This document shows, piece after piece, positions 11,179-19,916 of a DNA stretch of 64,000 nt; position 1 is the stretch's first letter, and each line of letters begins with the position of its first letter. This DNA comes from an uncultured archaeon (GTDB lineage: Archaea > Asgardarchaeota > Lokiarchaeia > Sigyniarchaeales > SOKP01), in NCBI GenBank assembly GCA_964632315.1, contig CAZWEM010000013.1, positions 24,907 through 88,906 of the forward strand, read 5' to 3'. The notes under the pieces were generated by a model. The model was not told the DNA's origin and searched no databases. It worked only from the letters and a program-made list of their open reading frames with translations. The position numbers and the translations under genes are program-made.

Positions 11179-11373
11179 TTATTGCTCTCTCCACTCAACG
11201 CCACATTTACCACATCGATACTTTTTACCGTATACTCGAGGATAATCACTTATTATGTGGCCTTTATCAACACTCTCGTGAATCATATTTTTATTTTCTT
11301 CACCACATTTGGGGCATTTCCGACGACCTTCAGATTTTTCAATAGTCAATAATCCATCAGGGTTTTCATCCAT
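11179..11373 (-). CDS. Small zinc-ribbon protein
   Basis: CPKC...CGKCGVEW. Confidence 0.65.
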   Translation of the reverse strand: MDENPDGLLTIEKSEGRRKCPKCGEENKNMIHESVDKGHIISDYPRVYGKKYRCGKCGVEWREQ

Positions 11374-11443
11374 TTTTATTTTTCATCTCTCATTCAATTT
11401 TTTGTTATTGGTAAAAACAAATATATAATGCGATTAAGCGTTA

Positions 11444-12046
11444 TTAAATTTTTTCAACTTTTTCAGATGAATTCAATCCAAATCCTTTTACTTTTTCATA
11501 GAGTTCTGGATTTGAAATTTTAAATTTAGTCACGCTATCTTCAAGAATTTTCTTAAATAAATCGTATAAATCTTTATTAGGATCTTTAATCTCAAAACAA
11601 TATTCTAAACCTAATTCATTACATTTCCGAATCAATCGATGGCGACTAATTCTTACTTCATTGATTGAGGAATCATTTTTTGTAGATTTCAAATCAAATG
11701 CTATTAAAACCGATGACCCTCTAAAATTAATTTCATTACATAATTCCTTATAGAGGTGTTTTTCATAATCATTAAGCGAATCATCATCGTAAATATTTAA
11801 TACAAGAAAAAGAAAATCAAAACCATTTACATAATCTAAATCTGATAACACCCCATTCATAGTATCATACTGCTTTACATGAATTTTAATTGGAATGTAT
11901 TTGTGTATGATTTGAAATACTAAACTTTCAAGGGCTCCTTCTTGTCTATTGATCGCGAGTTTTTTTAAACATCTCAAAATCAACTCATTTCCAGTGGGTT
12001 CTTTTCCGATAATTGCAATTTTAAGTTTATAGTTAATTTTCCTCAT
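11444..12046 (-). CDS. Degenerate small-GTPase-fold protein (pseudo-GTPase)
   Basis: Ras-like element order (KIAIIG, DTMNG, FLVLNIYDDDSL, VLIAFD, CFEI), but the P-loop reads GKEPTGNE. Confidence 0.5.
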   Translation of the reverse strand: MRKINYKLKIAIIGKEPTGNELILRCLKKLAINRQEGALESLVFQIIHKYIPIKIHVKQYDTMNGVLSDLDYVNGFDFLFLVLNIYDDDSLNDYEKHLYKELCNEINFRGSSVLIAFDLKSTKNDSSINEVRISRHRLIRKCNELGLEYCFEIKDPNKDLYDLFKKILEDSVTKFKISNPELYEKVKGFGLNSSEKVEKI

Positions 12047-12087
12047 TCTTATGAATTACAAAAAAGTAATATGCTTTTACATTTTAT

Positions 12088-13053
12088 ATGATAAGTAAAG
12101 ATTTTTACTATAAATTCTTGATTAAATTAATGTTTAGGAGATATTTACTTCTTTTTTTAATGATTTGTATTTGGGGTTTTTCTTTTGTATTAGTAGATAT
12201 TGCCATACAAATTATCCCTCCTTTATCGATTGCCTTATATCGATTTGTAATTGCATCACTTACATATATAGTAATTGATATTGTTTTATTTATTAGAAAG
12301 CATTTCTTTAAAAAAGAACAGCACTCTGAAACAAAAAGCAAGTATTCTAAAAAGGAGATTATTCTATTAATTTTATCTAGCTTTTTCGGAGTTTCCTTAT
12401 TCTTTTTAATTCAATATACTTCTATTGAGTTAGTTGGACCTACTTTACCAGCACTCTTTGTATGTTTATTGTCCCCTTTATTTATAACTTTATTAGCACT
12501 CCTTTTTTTCAATGAAAAATTAACGAAGTTACGAATGTTAGGATTTATAATTTCATCAATTGGGGCATTTCTTTTAATTACGGGAGGGAATTTAAAGAAT
12601 TTGATTTTAGGATCACCAAATTTTCTTGGATATTTTTTAGCATTACTCACTCCATTTTTATGGTCGCTTTATTCAACATTTACAAAGAAAATCTCGAAAA
12701 AACGATCAACTATGATTTTAAATAAATATATTAGCTACTTTGGCACTTTAGAGCTTTTAATATTTGTTTTAATAACTAATGAAATCAAGATTTTCCTTGA
12801 GAACATTTTTAACGTGGTCATTATCACTTCTGGATTGTATTTGGGCGTAGGGTGTTATGTTTTAGGGTATTATATATGGCAAAACTCCCAACATACATTG
12901 AAATCATTTAAAGTTGCATCATTTCTATATGTAGAACCCTTTATTACGTTGCTATTTTCAATTATTCTTCAAAGAACCGATATTTTAGTGATTTGGAATA
13001 TAGTAGGGGGTGTAATAGTATTATTGGGAGTTTTATTAATAGATTATCGCTAA
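12088..13053 (+). CDS. DMT/EamA-family transporter
   Basis: IWGFSF, RF.IA, FNEKL, YVEP; about 10 TM. Confidence 0.85.
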   Translation: MISKDFYYKFLIKLMFRRYLLLFLMICIWGFSFVLVDIAIQIIPPLSIALYRFVIASLTYIVIDIVLFIRKHFFKKEQHSETKSKYSKKEIILLILSSFFGVSLFFLIQYTSIELVGPTLPALFVCLLSPLFITLLALLFFNEKLTKLRMLGFIISSIGAFLLITGGNLKNLILGSPNFLGYFLALLTPFLWSLYSTFTKKISKKRSTMILNKYISYFGTLELLIFVLITNEIKIFLENIFNVVIITSGLYLGVGCYVLGYYIWQNSQHTLKSFKVASFLYVEPFITLLFSIILQRTDILVIWNIVGGVIVLLGVLLIDYR

Positions 13054-13086
13054 ACTCAATACGTCTTTCCAATATATTTTTAAAAT

Positions 13087-14511
13087 TTACAAATTCTTTT
13101 TTACTATTGAATCAAACTCATTTTTTAGAGTTCCATCAACTGGATATTTCGGGCTATTAGTGCTTAATTTATTTGCTAAATCAATCGCCCTTTTGCGAGT
13201 CGATTTAGAGCCTGCAGATTTCCATGCTTCTCTTGACATCCTGTCAATTATAGGTCCAGTGATGAATAATTCTTTTCTAAAAAGATTTAGAGTAGTAGAA
13301 TGTGATAATAATTCTTCGTTTTCGCTATAATCCTTGAGTATATCAAGGGCAAAAGGAGAGCCGTAATCTTCAACACCTCGTATCAATCTTTTTACCATAC
13401 CGACTATCTCATTATCGATTATTAATTTCTCAATACTCTGTGTAGATTCAAAATCTAGCATCCCTGGTCCAGAAATCATGTTTATTCCCGCTAATCCTGC
13501 GAGCATTGCACCCATTCCACCTTCAAATCCTGCTTGTGCATCTGGGACTTTTGAATCACTCAAACTCATGTAGGCATGAGTCGGTAGATTTAGAAATTTC
13601 CCCATCTCGACATCGCCCAAATTGATCATCATGGTTTCTATGGCTCCCATAGGAGTTGTTCCCGCTTTCATATCTAAAATCGCGGGAGAACCTCCCCAAA
13701 TAAGGGGGGCACCTTTATTTGCTAACTGTACTATCACAACTCCAGCTAAACATTCTGCACAATGTTGAGTTATTGAACCAATTAATGTAATTGGAGCACT
13801 CGCGCCGGATAATGGCATAGATACAAATTCAGAGGGGATATTATATCTTGCAGCGTCTATTAGGGATTGAGATGTTAAATCTGACCACTTTAATGGAGGA
13901 CTTGGACAAGCATCAAAAATAGCGAGAGGTTTTTTAGCAAGATCGTCTTCTGATAATCTACATGCTAAAAGCAAATCTTTCATTATTTTGAAACTTTCTT
14001 TCCTAAATGTACCAGTTACCACGGGTTTATGGCAATGAAGTAGTGCTAAATAAAGGCGATGCCAATCTTGAGCACTTTTTGGGACATCTTGATATACTAA
14101 TGCCGTGCTTTGGGCATCAATATTTTTAAGTTGAGAGACAATCTTCGAAAAGCGAATGAAATCGCTGGATTGTGCCTCTCTGATCTTTCCAGATTGTTCA
14201 TCCAAAATTAATATTGCTGCAGAACCAGGATCAAAATGAATTTCATCACCCTTTAATTCTAAACTTTCACTCCCCTCTCTGTCATAAAGCTTAATTTCAG
14301 AAGGAGTAGTATTTAAAGAGGCATCCACTAAATCCGAAGGAATAAAAAATCGTTCTCCCTCATTAGGAACTCCTTTCTTTTTTAATAATTCTTTAGCTTC
14401 AGCATTTTCGATGTAAACGCCAAGCTTTTCGAGGATTAGTTTTGCTTCGTTATGAATTAACTCTTTATGGTTTTCATCTAAAACTTTAATTTTAGGCCTA
14501 AGAATTGTCAT
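13087..14511 (-). CDS. MttB-superfamily methyltransferase, non-pyrrolysine (MtgB-like)
   Basis: SPPL, GASAPITL.G, AECLAG, G.IE, SDSKVPDAQAG.E, KLIIDNE; no in-frame TAG. Confidence 0.85.
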   Translation of the reverse strand: MTILRPKIKVLDENHKELIHNEAKLILEKLGVYIENAEAKELLKKKGVPNEGERFFIPSDLVDASLNTTPSEIKLYDREGSESLELKGDEIHFDPGSAAILILDEQSGKIREAQSSDFIRFSKIVSQLKNIDAQSTALVYQDVPKSAQDWHRLYLALLHCHKPVVTGTFRKESFKIMKDLLLACRLSEDDLAKKPLAIFDACPSPPLKWSDLTSQSLIDAARYNIPSEFVSMPLSGASAPITLIGSITQHCAECLAGVVIVQLANKGAPLIWGGSPAILDMKAGTTPMGAIETMMINLGDVEMGKFLNLPTHAYMSLSDSKVPDAQAGFEGGMGAMLAGLAGINMISGPGMLDFESTQSIEKLIIDNEIVGMVKRLIRGVEDYGSPFALDILKDYSENEELLSHSTTLNLFRKELFITGPIIDRMSREAWKSAGSKSTRKRAIDLANKLSTNSPKYPVDGTLKNEFDSIVKKNL

Positions 14512-14530
14512 CTAATTTTCATTTCCTTAT

Positions 14531-15415
14531 TTAATTTCTATTTTCTAATCTGCTTCTTATTTCTTTTATCGTTTGAGGAGATGTACCACAACATCCTCCC
14601 ACAATCTTCGCTCCTTCATCAATAATTTTCATGATATCACTTGCGAATTCTTGAACTGATTGGTCATACACGGTCTTAGTTCCACCTTCAAGACGTGGCT
14701 TACCTGCATTAGGTTTGATTGATATTGGCTTTTTGGTTAACTTTGAAATTTCAGTTGTTAATTCGATCATTTCGTGGGAACCTAATGTACAATTTGATCC
14801 AATTACATCCACTCCCTCATTGGATTGAATATCTACGCACTTTTCAAGGGAATCTCCCATGATTGTAAAAAAGCCTCTTTTAGTTCGTTTATAAGTCATT
14901 GAACTTATTATTGGTTTTGAAGAGACTTCCTTAACAGCTCGAATTGCTGCTTGCATTTCAATAATATCGGAGATTGTCTCTATGTGCCATAGATCGACTC
15001 CATTTTCTAAAATCTCGACTTGTTTTTTATAGCTTACCTGCCATATCTCAAGACTAGCTTTACCAATAGGAGGTCTAAAAACTCCAGAAGGACCAATATC
15101 TCCCACTATGAGGGCTGTTGAAGGTTTACTCTTTTTAATATTTTCTAGTGCTTTTAAATTGATAAGTATAATTTTATCTTCACTTTTATGATTTTGTAAA
15201 TTGAGATAATTGGCGCCAAATGTATTTGTCTGACACATATTCGATCCCGCTTCAAAATAAGCCTTATGGATCTCTGCTATTACTTCTGGTTCTTCAATGT
15301 TTAATATATCCGGAAGTTTTCCGGGTTTTAGCCCTCGTTTGATCACTTCTGACCCCATTCCCCCATCGAATAAAATCGTTTTTGAAGGATCGTTCAGCCA
15401 ATCTTGAAATCTCAT
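14531..15415 (-). CDS. Homocysteine S-methyltransferase domain protein (MetH N-terminal domain/BHMT-like)
   Basis: DGGMGS, TNTFGAN, GDIGPSG, IET, GSNC, PNAGKP and GGCCGT Zn motif. ATG at 15415 follows an AGGTGG SD-like site; the ORF track starts at GTG 15427. Confidence 0.9.
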   Translation of the reverse strand: MRFQDWLNDPSKTILFDGGMGSEVIKRGLKPGKLPDILNIEEPEVIAEIHKAYFEAGSNMCQTNTFGANYLNLQNHKSEDKIILINLKALENIKKSKPSTALIVGDIGPSGVFRPPIGKASLEIWQVSYKKQVEILENGVDLWHIETISDIIEMQAAIRAVKEVSSKPIISSMTYKRTKRGFFTIMGDSLEKCVDIQSNEGVDVIGSNCTLGSHEMIELTTEISKLTKKPISIKPNAGKPRLEGGTKTVYDQSVQEFASDIMKIIDEGAKIVGGCCGTSPQTIKEIRSRLENRN

Positions 15416-15427
15416 TACAGTTCCCAC

Positions 15428-16075
15428 CTATTTATTCAAAAAACTTTTAAATAATGCAGCTGCACTTACAGCATTATCTGCATATCCATCAGCTCCACAT
15501 TCTTCCACCCAACTTCTTGATACAGGGGCTCCTCCTAATATCACCTTAAATTTATCACGAATATTTTTCTCAAGTAAGATATCGACCACTCTTTTTTGTC
15601 CCGTCATGGTTGTGGTGAGTAATGCGGAAACACCTATGAATTGCGCTCCGCTTTTAAGAGCCTCATCAACAATTCTTTCTGCCGGTACATCTGCTCCAAG
15701 ATCATGCACGTCAAATCCATTTGCTGATAACATTGTTGCTACAATTGTCTTTCCAATAGAATGGATATCGCCTTCAATAGTGGCGATTACAACAGTACCA
15801 AGTGAAATTTTTTGTGATTGTTCTTTTAGGTGGGGTATTAAAATTTTCATCGCATCTTGCATGATGTTACCCCCTAGCATTAATTCTGGGAGGAAAATTT
15901 CACCTTCATCCCATAAATCTCCAATTTTACGGATACCCTCTCCAAATCCTTTTTCCACAACTTCAAGTAAGTCCATTTGCTCATTAACCGCACGATTAGC
16001 TAAATCTAATGCTTTATCTTTATCAAGGCTTACTATAGCATCTGAAATTTCATTAAGCATTTTCTCTGTCGACAT
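15428..16075 (-). CDS. Corrinoid (B12-binding) protein, MttC/MtbC-like
   Basis: Cap domain FLPEL, DxHxxG motif (GDIHSIGK), SALLTTT, GGAP. Confidence 0.9.
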   Translation of the reverse strand: MSTEKMLNEISDAIVSLDKDKALDLANRAVNEQMDLLEVVEKGFGEGIRKIGDLWDEGEIFLPELMLGGNIMQDAMKILIPHLKEQSQKISLGTVVIATIEGDIHSIGKTIVATMLSANGFDVHDLGADVPAERIVDEALKSGAQFIGVSALLTTTMTGQKRVVDILLEKNIRDKFKVILGGAPVSRSWVEECGADGYADNAVSAAALFKSFLNK

Positions 16076-16181
16076 GAAATCATTTTTCCAAAACTGATAA
16101 GTATATAATTTTATTTATTTTGTATGTAATTAACATTTCGAAAATAACTAGTAAGCATTTATATTATTACGTGAAAAACTC

Positions 16182-16379
16182 TTGCCTAAAGTTTGTAAAT
16201 GGTATTCTTATTGTCCGATAAAATATTATGTGGAACAAGGAAAACTCGAAAGAAAATGGATTGAGAACTATTGTTTAGTTGGAAATAAGGAGTGTGTTAG
16301 ATATAAAATGGAAGAAAATGGGGATTATCATCCAGATAATTTACTTCCAAATGGAAAACTCAGAAAAAATTTAAATTAG
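16182..16379 (+). CDS. Small Cys-rich hypothetical protein
   Basis: CKWYSYCP...YC...C.RY...HPDNLLPNG; TTG start. Confidence 0.55.
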   Translation: MPKVCKWYSYCPIKYYVEQGKLERKWIENYCLVGNKECVRYKMEENGDYHPDNLLPNGKLRKNLN

Positions 16380-16638
16380 ACAAGCTAAGTCGAATTATTA
16401 ATATATCAATCTTTGGCTGATTTTCTTATTTAACAAAATTCATGCAGAATCACTTATGATAAATATAGATACATTTTTCAGTTTTAGGGATTAATAAACT
16501 TCTTCCTAAATATTTAAATCTCTATCTTTATATATTCATTTTTTTTTCATAAATTGACAAATAAGAAACATCAATTTCTTAAGATCTAAGTACAGAATTA
16601 TAGAATAAAGAAGTCGCATTTCAAAATTAATTTGAAAT

Positions 16639-16836
16639 TTGGGAGAACATATGAATGCTTGGAAATTAAGACTTTTGCTTATCGGTGCTATTAATGCAAT
16701 TATAGGCATAATTTTAGGGATTAATAGAGGGTTTTCAATCTTAATTATTGTCTATATTGCTGTTGCATTAGGAGTGTGTTTGATTGGATTAATTTGGAAA
16801 CCAAAAGAGAAGAAAAAAGTCAATAACGTCAATTAA
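16639..16836 (+). CDS. Small 2-TM membrane protein
   Basis: Two hydrophobic helices and a basic tail; paralog of the next ORF. Confidence 0.6.
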   Translation: MGEHMNAWKLRLLLIGAINAIIGIILGINRGFSILIIVYIAVALGVCLIGLIWKPKEKKKVNNVN

Positions 16837-16915
16837 TATTGATAATTTAGAAAATAAAAAAAAATAAAACATATCAAACCTAAAATGTATAAAAATAACA
16901 AAAGAGGTACAAAAT

Positions 16916-17116
16916 ATGCCATGGTTCTGGAATTTAAAATATAGGTTCATGATAGCGGGATGTATTGTTGGAATTATAGGCGTAATACTTCTCATTATAC
17001 GCCCTGATTTGTTCATTTCTTATGTACTAATAATTGTGGGAATAATTGCATTAGTGATCGGGTTAATTTGGAAATCTAAACCTAAAGTGAAACCAGAGAA
17101 CAATCGTACTAACTGA
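16916..17116 (+). CDS. Small 2-TM membrane protein (paralog)
   Basis: GAGG SD upstream; shares W.L..R, GII and IGLIWK..K with 16639-16836. Confidence 0.65.
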   Translation: MPWFWNLKYRFMIAGCIVGIIGVILLIIRPDLFISYVLIIVGIIALVIGLIWKSKPKVKPENNRTN

Positions 17117-17176
17117 TAAAATTTATAATAACTTAACTTGAAAAAAATACAATAAAAATCGAAAATGAGCTAAATT

Positions 17177-18097
17177 ATGATTAGAATTGAAAATTTGACC
17201 AAGAAGTATGGAGAACTGATCGCTGTTGATAACATTTCGTTACAAATTGAAGAAGGGGAAGTATTTGGTTTGCTTGGCCCTAATGGAGCCGGTAAGACAA
17301 CTACTATTCGGGTGCTTTGTGGTCTCATCTCTAAAACAAGCGGGAATGCAGTATTGAATAACTTATCCATTGATGATAAAAAAAGTAGGATTGAAATTCG
17401 TAAAATGATTGGATTATTACCAGAAAATGTTGGGCTTTATGAAAGCTTGTCTGCTTATAAGAATTTAGATTTCTATGCAAAACTTTACCAAGTTACTGAA
17501 AGCCATCGGAAAGAACGAATTGAATATTATCTAAAAATGTTTGATCTCTGGGATAAAAAAAATGTGGCTGCGGGAACATTTTCCAAAGGAATGAAACAAA
17601 AGTTGGCATTAGCTCGAGTTTTAGTTCACGATCCAAAAATCCTATTTTTAGATGAGCCAACGGCAAATCTGGATCCAGAAGCTACTAAAATGGTAAGGGA
17701 TTATATCCTTGAATTGAAAAAAGAAAAGCGGACCATTTTCTTGAACACGCACATGCTCGATGAGGCGGAACGGATCTGCGACCGAGTTGGAATTTTAAAA
17801 ACCCAATTATTGGACATTGGATCCCCCGAAAAATTACGGGAGTCCTTGTTGGGAAAGAAATCTGTTGTTGAGGTGGATGCAGTTACTGATGACATCCTCA
17901 AAAGTATAAAATCACTTGGATTTGAACAGATTTTGGTAGATAACAATAAAATGACTATCGACGTTAATGACCCTCGCAAGGATAATCCTTCCATCATACG
18001 GGCAATTCAGGATGCTGGAGGGCTAGTTCAATCTATTTCCGAACTCCTTCCAAGCTTAGAAGATATTTATTTAAAAAAAGTACGGAGGAGAGAGTAA
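17177..18097 (+). CDS. ABC-2-type exporter ATP-binding subunit
   Basis: GPNGAGKT, FSKGMKQ, LFLDEP, THML. Confidence 0.95.
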   Translation: MIRIENLTKKYGELIAVDNISLQIEEGEVFGLLGPNGAGKTTTIRVLCGLISKTSGNAVLNNLSIDDKKSRIEIRKMIGLLPENVGLYESLSAYKNLDFYAKLYQVTESHRKERIEYYLKMFDLWDKKNVAAGTFSKGMKQKLALARVLVHDPKILFLDEPTANLDPEATKMVRDYILELKKEKRTIFLNTHMLDEAERICDRVGILKTQLLDIGSPEKLRESLLGKKSVVEVDAVTDDILKSIKSLGFEQILVDNNKMTIDVNDPRKDNPSIIRAIQDAGGLVQSISELLPSLEDIYLKKVRRRE

Positions 18098-18098
18098 A

Positions 18099-18833
18099 AT
18101 GAATCGTAAAAATGTTTGGACGATAACCGCTAAGGATCTTTGGCTTTTTCGTAAAAAGAAAACGATCCTGTATTCTGCATTGATTTTACCGTTAGGTCTC
18201 TCAATTGGACTACCTATGATAGCCTGGTATGTTGTAAACAACAGAAATGTGCCAATACAAGTCCTGTTTCCAATTTTTGATGCGTTTAGTTTCTTCTTCC
18301 TCGTCCTTGCCGCCATAATTCCAACGGTCATTGGATCTTACAGTTTCGTGGGGGAAAAAACTGAAAAAACTCTTGAACCCTTATTGGCAACTCCAACGAC
18401 TGACGATGAAATCTTACTCGGGAAGAGTTTAGCGGCATTCCTGCCTGTAATAGTCATGATATTTATTGGTGCTGTTGTATTTACGGTACTCATGGATATT
18501 TTTACTTTCGCGAAAGTTGGTTATCTATACTTCCCAAATTGGAACTTCATTATTATAGTTCTCTTGAATTCTCCATTAGCAAGCATCATGAGTATAGAAT
18601 TCAGCGTCTTAGTTTCTTCTCGCGTGAATGATATTCGATCCGCCCAACAATTAGCAGCCCTCATTATTATTCCATTCTTCGCACTATATTTACTTACTGA
18701 AATTAGTGTAATTACACTCGATACTAACACATTGCTACTGATTGGGGGAATTATTGCTTTAATCGATATAGGTCTGTTTTTTGCTAACCGAGTTATATTT
18801 CAACGAGAAGAGATCTTAACGAAGTGGAAATAG
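18099..18833 (+). CDS. ABC-2-type exporter permease
   Basis: GEK..KTLEPLLATP...ILLGK; starts 1 bp after the ATPase stop. Confidence 0.9.
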   Translation: MNRKNVWTITAKDLWLFRKKKTILYSALILPLGLSIGLPMIAWYVVNNRNVPIQVLFPIFDAFSFFFLVLAAIIPTVIGSYSFVGEKTEKTLEPLLATPTTDDEILLGKSLAAFLPVIVMIFIGAVVFTVLMDIFTFAKVGYLYFPNWNFIIIVLLNSPLASIMSIEFSVLVSSRVNDIRSAQQLAALIIIPFFALYLLTEISVITLDTNTLLLIGGIIALIDIGLFFANRVIFQREEILTKWK

Positions 18834-19040
18834 ATACAAAAATATTTCATTTTTTTCTAAATTTTTAAGAGAAAGTAAGAAAAAAGAAAGATGTTCTTGA
18901 TCATAAGTGATTATGTTAAAGATCACGATCAGAGCTTTTTATAAAAAAATCCTATTAATCCTATGTTACAAATTTTTTTAAACCTACAATCTATCTTTAT
19001 TGTAATGAAAGCGTTTAGAATTGAAAAAGAGTGATGATTT

Positions 19041-19529
19041 GTGAGCCGTAGATATTACGCTAAGGGAAAAAAAACGTATGCTAAGGACCAGAACTTTGAT
19101 CAGGATCAAGTTGGCGAAGAAAAGGAGCGTTACTTGATTAATATATCCCTAATGAGCTTGAAGACGTTGAAGGACTATGATTTATTTGGTTGGCGGGGTG
19201 AATTTTATTTTAAATCCGATGGCGAAAAACTCTTTAAAGCCCGCTGGCCAAATAAAGGAACAATCAAATTGCAGAAAAATCAAGAATTTACTTCTAAAGC
19301 AGATATGTCTTTATGGAGTCAATTTAAAACCGTGCGTGCTGATGAAAGCATTGTTGTACCTGTAAAAGTTGAATTAAGGGAAAAAGATCACTTAAAGAAA
19401 GATTCCGTAATTGCTGAACAAACGTTTGAAATACGATTACCTCAGAAAACAGAATACGTAATCCTTCAGGATGATAAAGAAAGAACTAAAGCGAAACTTC
19501 GAATTCAAGCAACCAGAACTAGATATTAA
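19041..19529 (+). CDS. Putative C2-domain-like beta-sandwich protein
   Basis: LKDYDLFGWRGEFYF resembles the C2 loop-1 region; VELREKDHLKKDSVIAE resembles the C2 loop-3 region. Confidence 0.45.
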   Translation: MSRRYYAKGKKTYAKDQNFDQDQVGEEKERYLINISLMSLKTLKDYDLFGWRGEFYFKSDGEKLFKARWPNKGTIKLQKNQEFTSKADMSLWSQFKTVRADESIVVPVKVELREKDHLKKDSVIAEQTFEIRLPQKTEYVILQDDKERTKAKLRIQATRTRY

Positions 19530-19713
19530 AGAACTACTTTTTACCTTTTATTTTATATTTCATTTCTACATTTTATTCACAAGTGAGATTGCTTAATTCA
19601 TTATTTGATGAGATTATAAACTTTAAATTCAAATTTTAAAGAATAATGTATTCATATTGGGACCCTTAATCCCGAAAACAAGAGAGAAATGAGAGTTCTA
19701 ATAGCTATAGTAA

Positions 19714-19893
19714 CTATTCTTTTGAGTATTCGTTACTTAAATCTTCTGCTAATTTAAAGCCAAACTCAAAAAAATCTTTCATAGATTTATAAAATAAGTC
19801 ACCAACGACTTCTCCTACTCCTTCACTCAGTTCTTCTTTTTTATTCACCAAAAATTCATCAATTTTGGGCAAATCTTTTGTTAAATCTTCCAT
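19714..19893 (-). CDS. Small acidic amphipathic-helix protein, 59 aa (MEDLTKDLPKIDEFLVNKKEELSEGVGEVVGDLFYKSMKDFFEFGFKLAEDLSNEYSKE)
   Basis: Below the ORF-track cutoff. ATG at 19893, TAG at 19714-16, AAGGTGA SD-like site upstream, 23 bp downstream of the PlsC-like gene. Confidence 0.55.
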   Translation of the reverse strand: MEDLTKDLPKIDEFLVNKKEELSEGVGEVVGDLFYKSMKDFFEFGFKLAEDLSNEYSKE

Positions 19894-19916
19894 CTTTCCA
19901 TTTTCACCTTCTTTAA

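Noticed and set aside
13087-14511. Pyrrolysine-containing trimethylamine methyltransferase / methanogenesis
   Set aside because: No in-frame TAG in the ORF; Leu sits at the equivalent position; no mcr or pyl genes in the window
15606-16097. 163-aa + strand ORF and the other short antisense ORFs in the track (e.g. 27476-27904, 58371-58736, 25544-25885, 45855-46181)
   Set aside because: Shadow frames lying opposite well-supported genes, with no motifs
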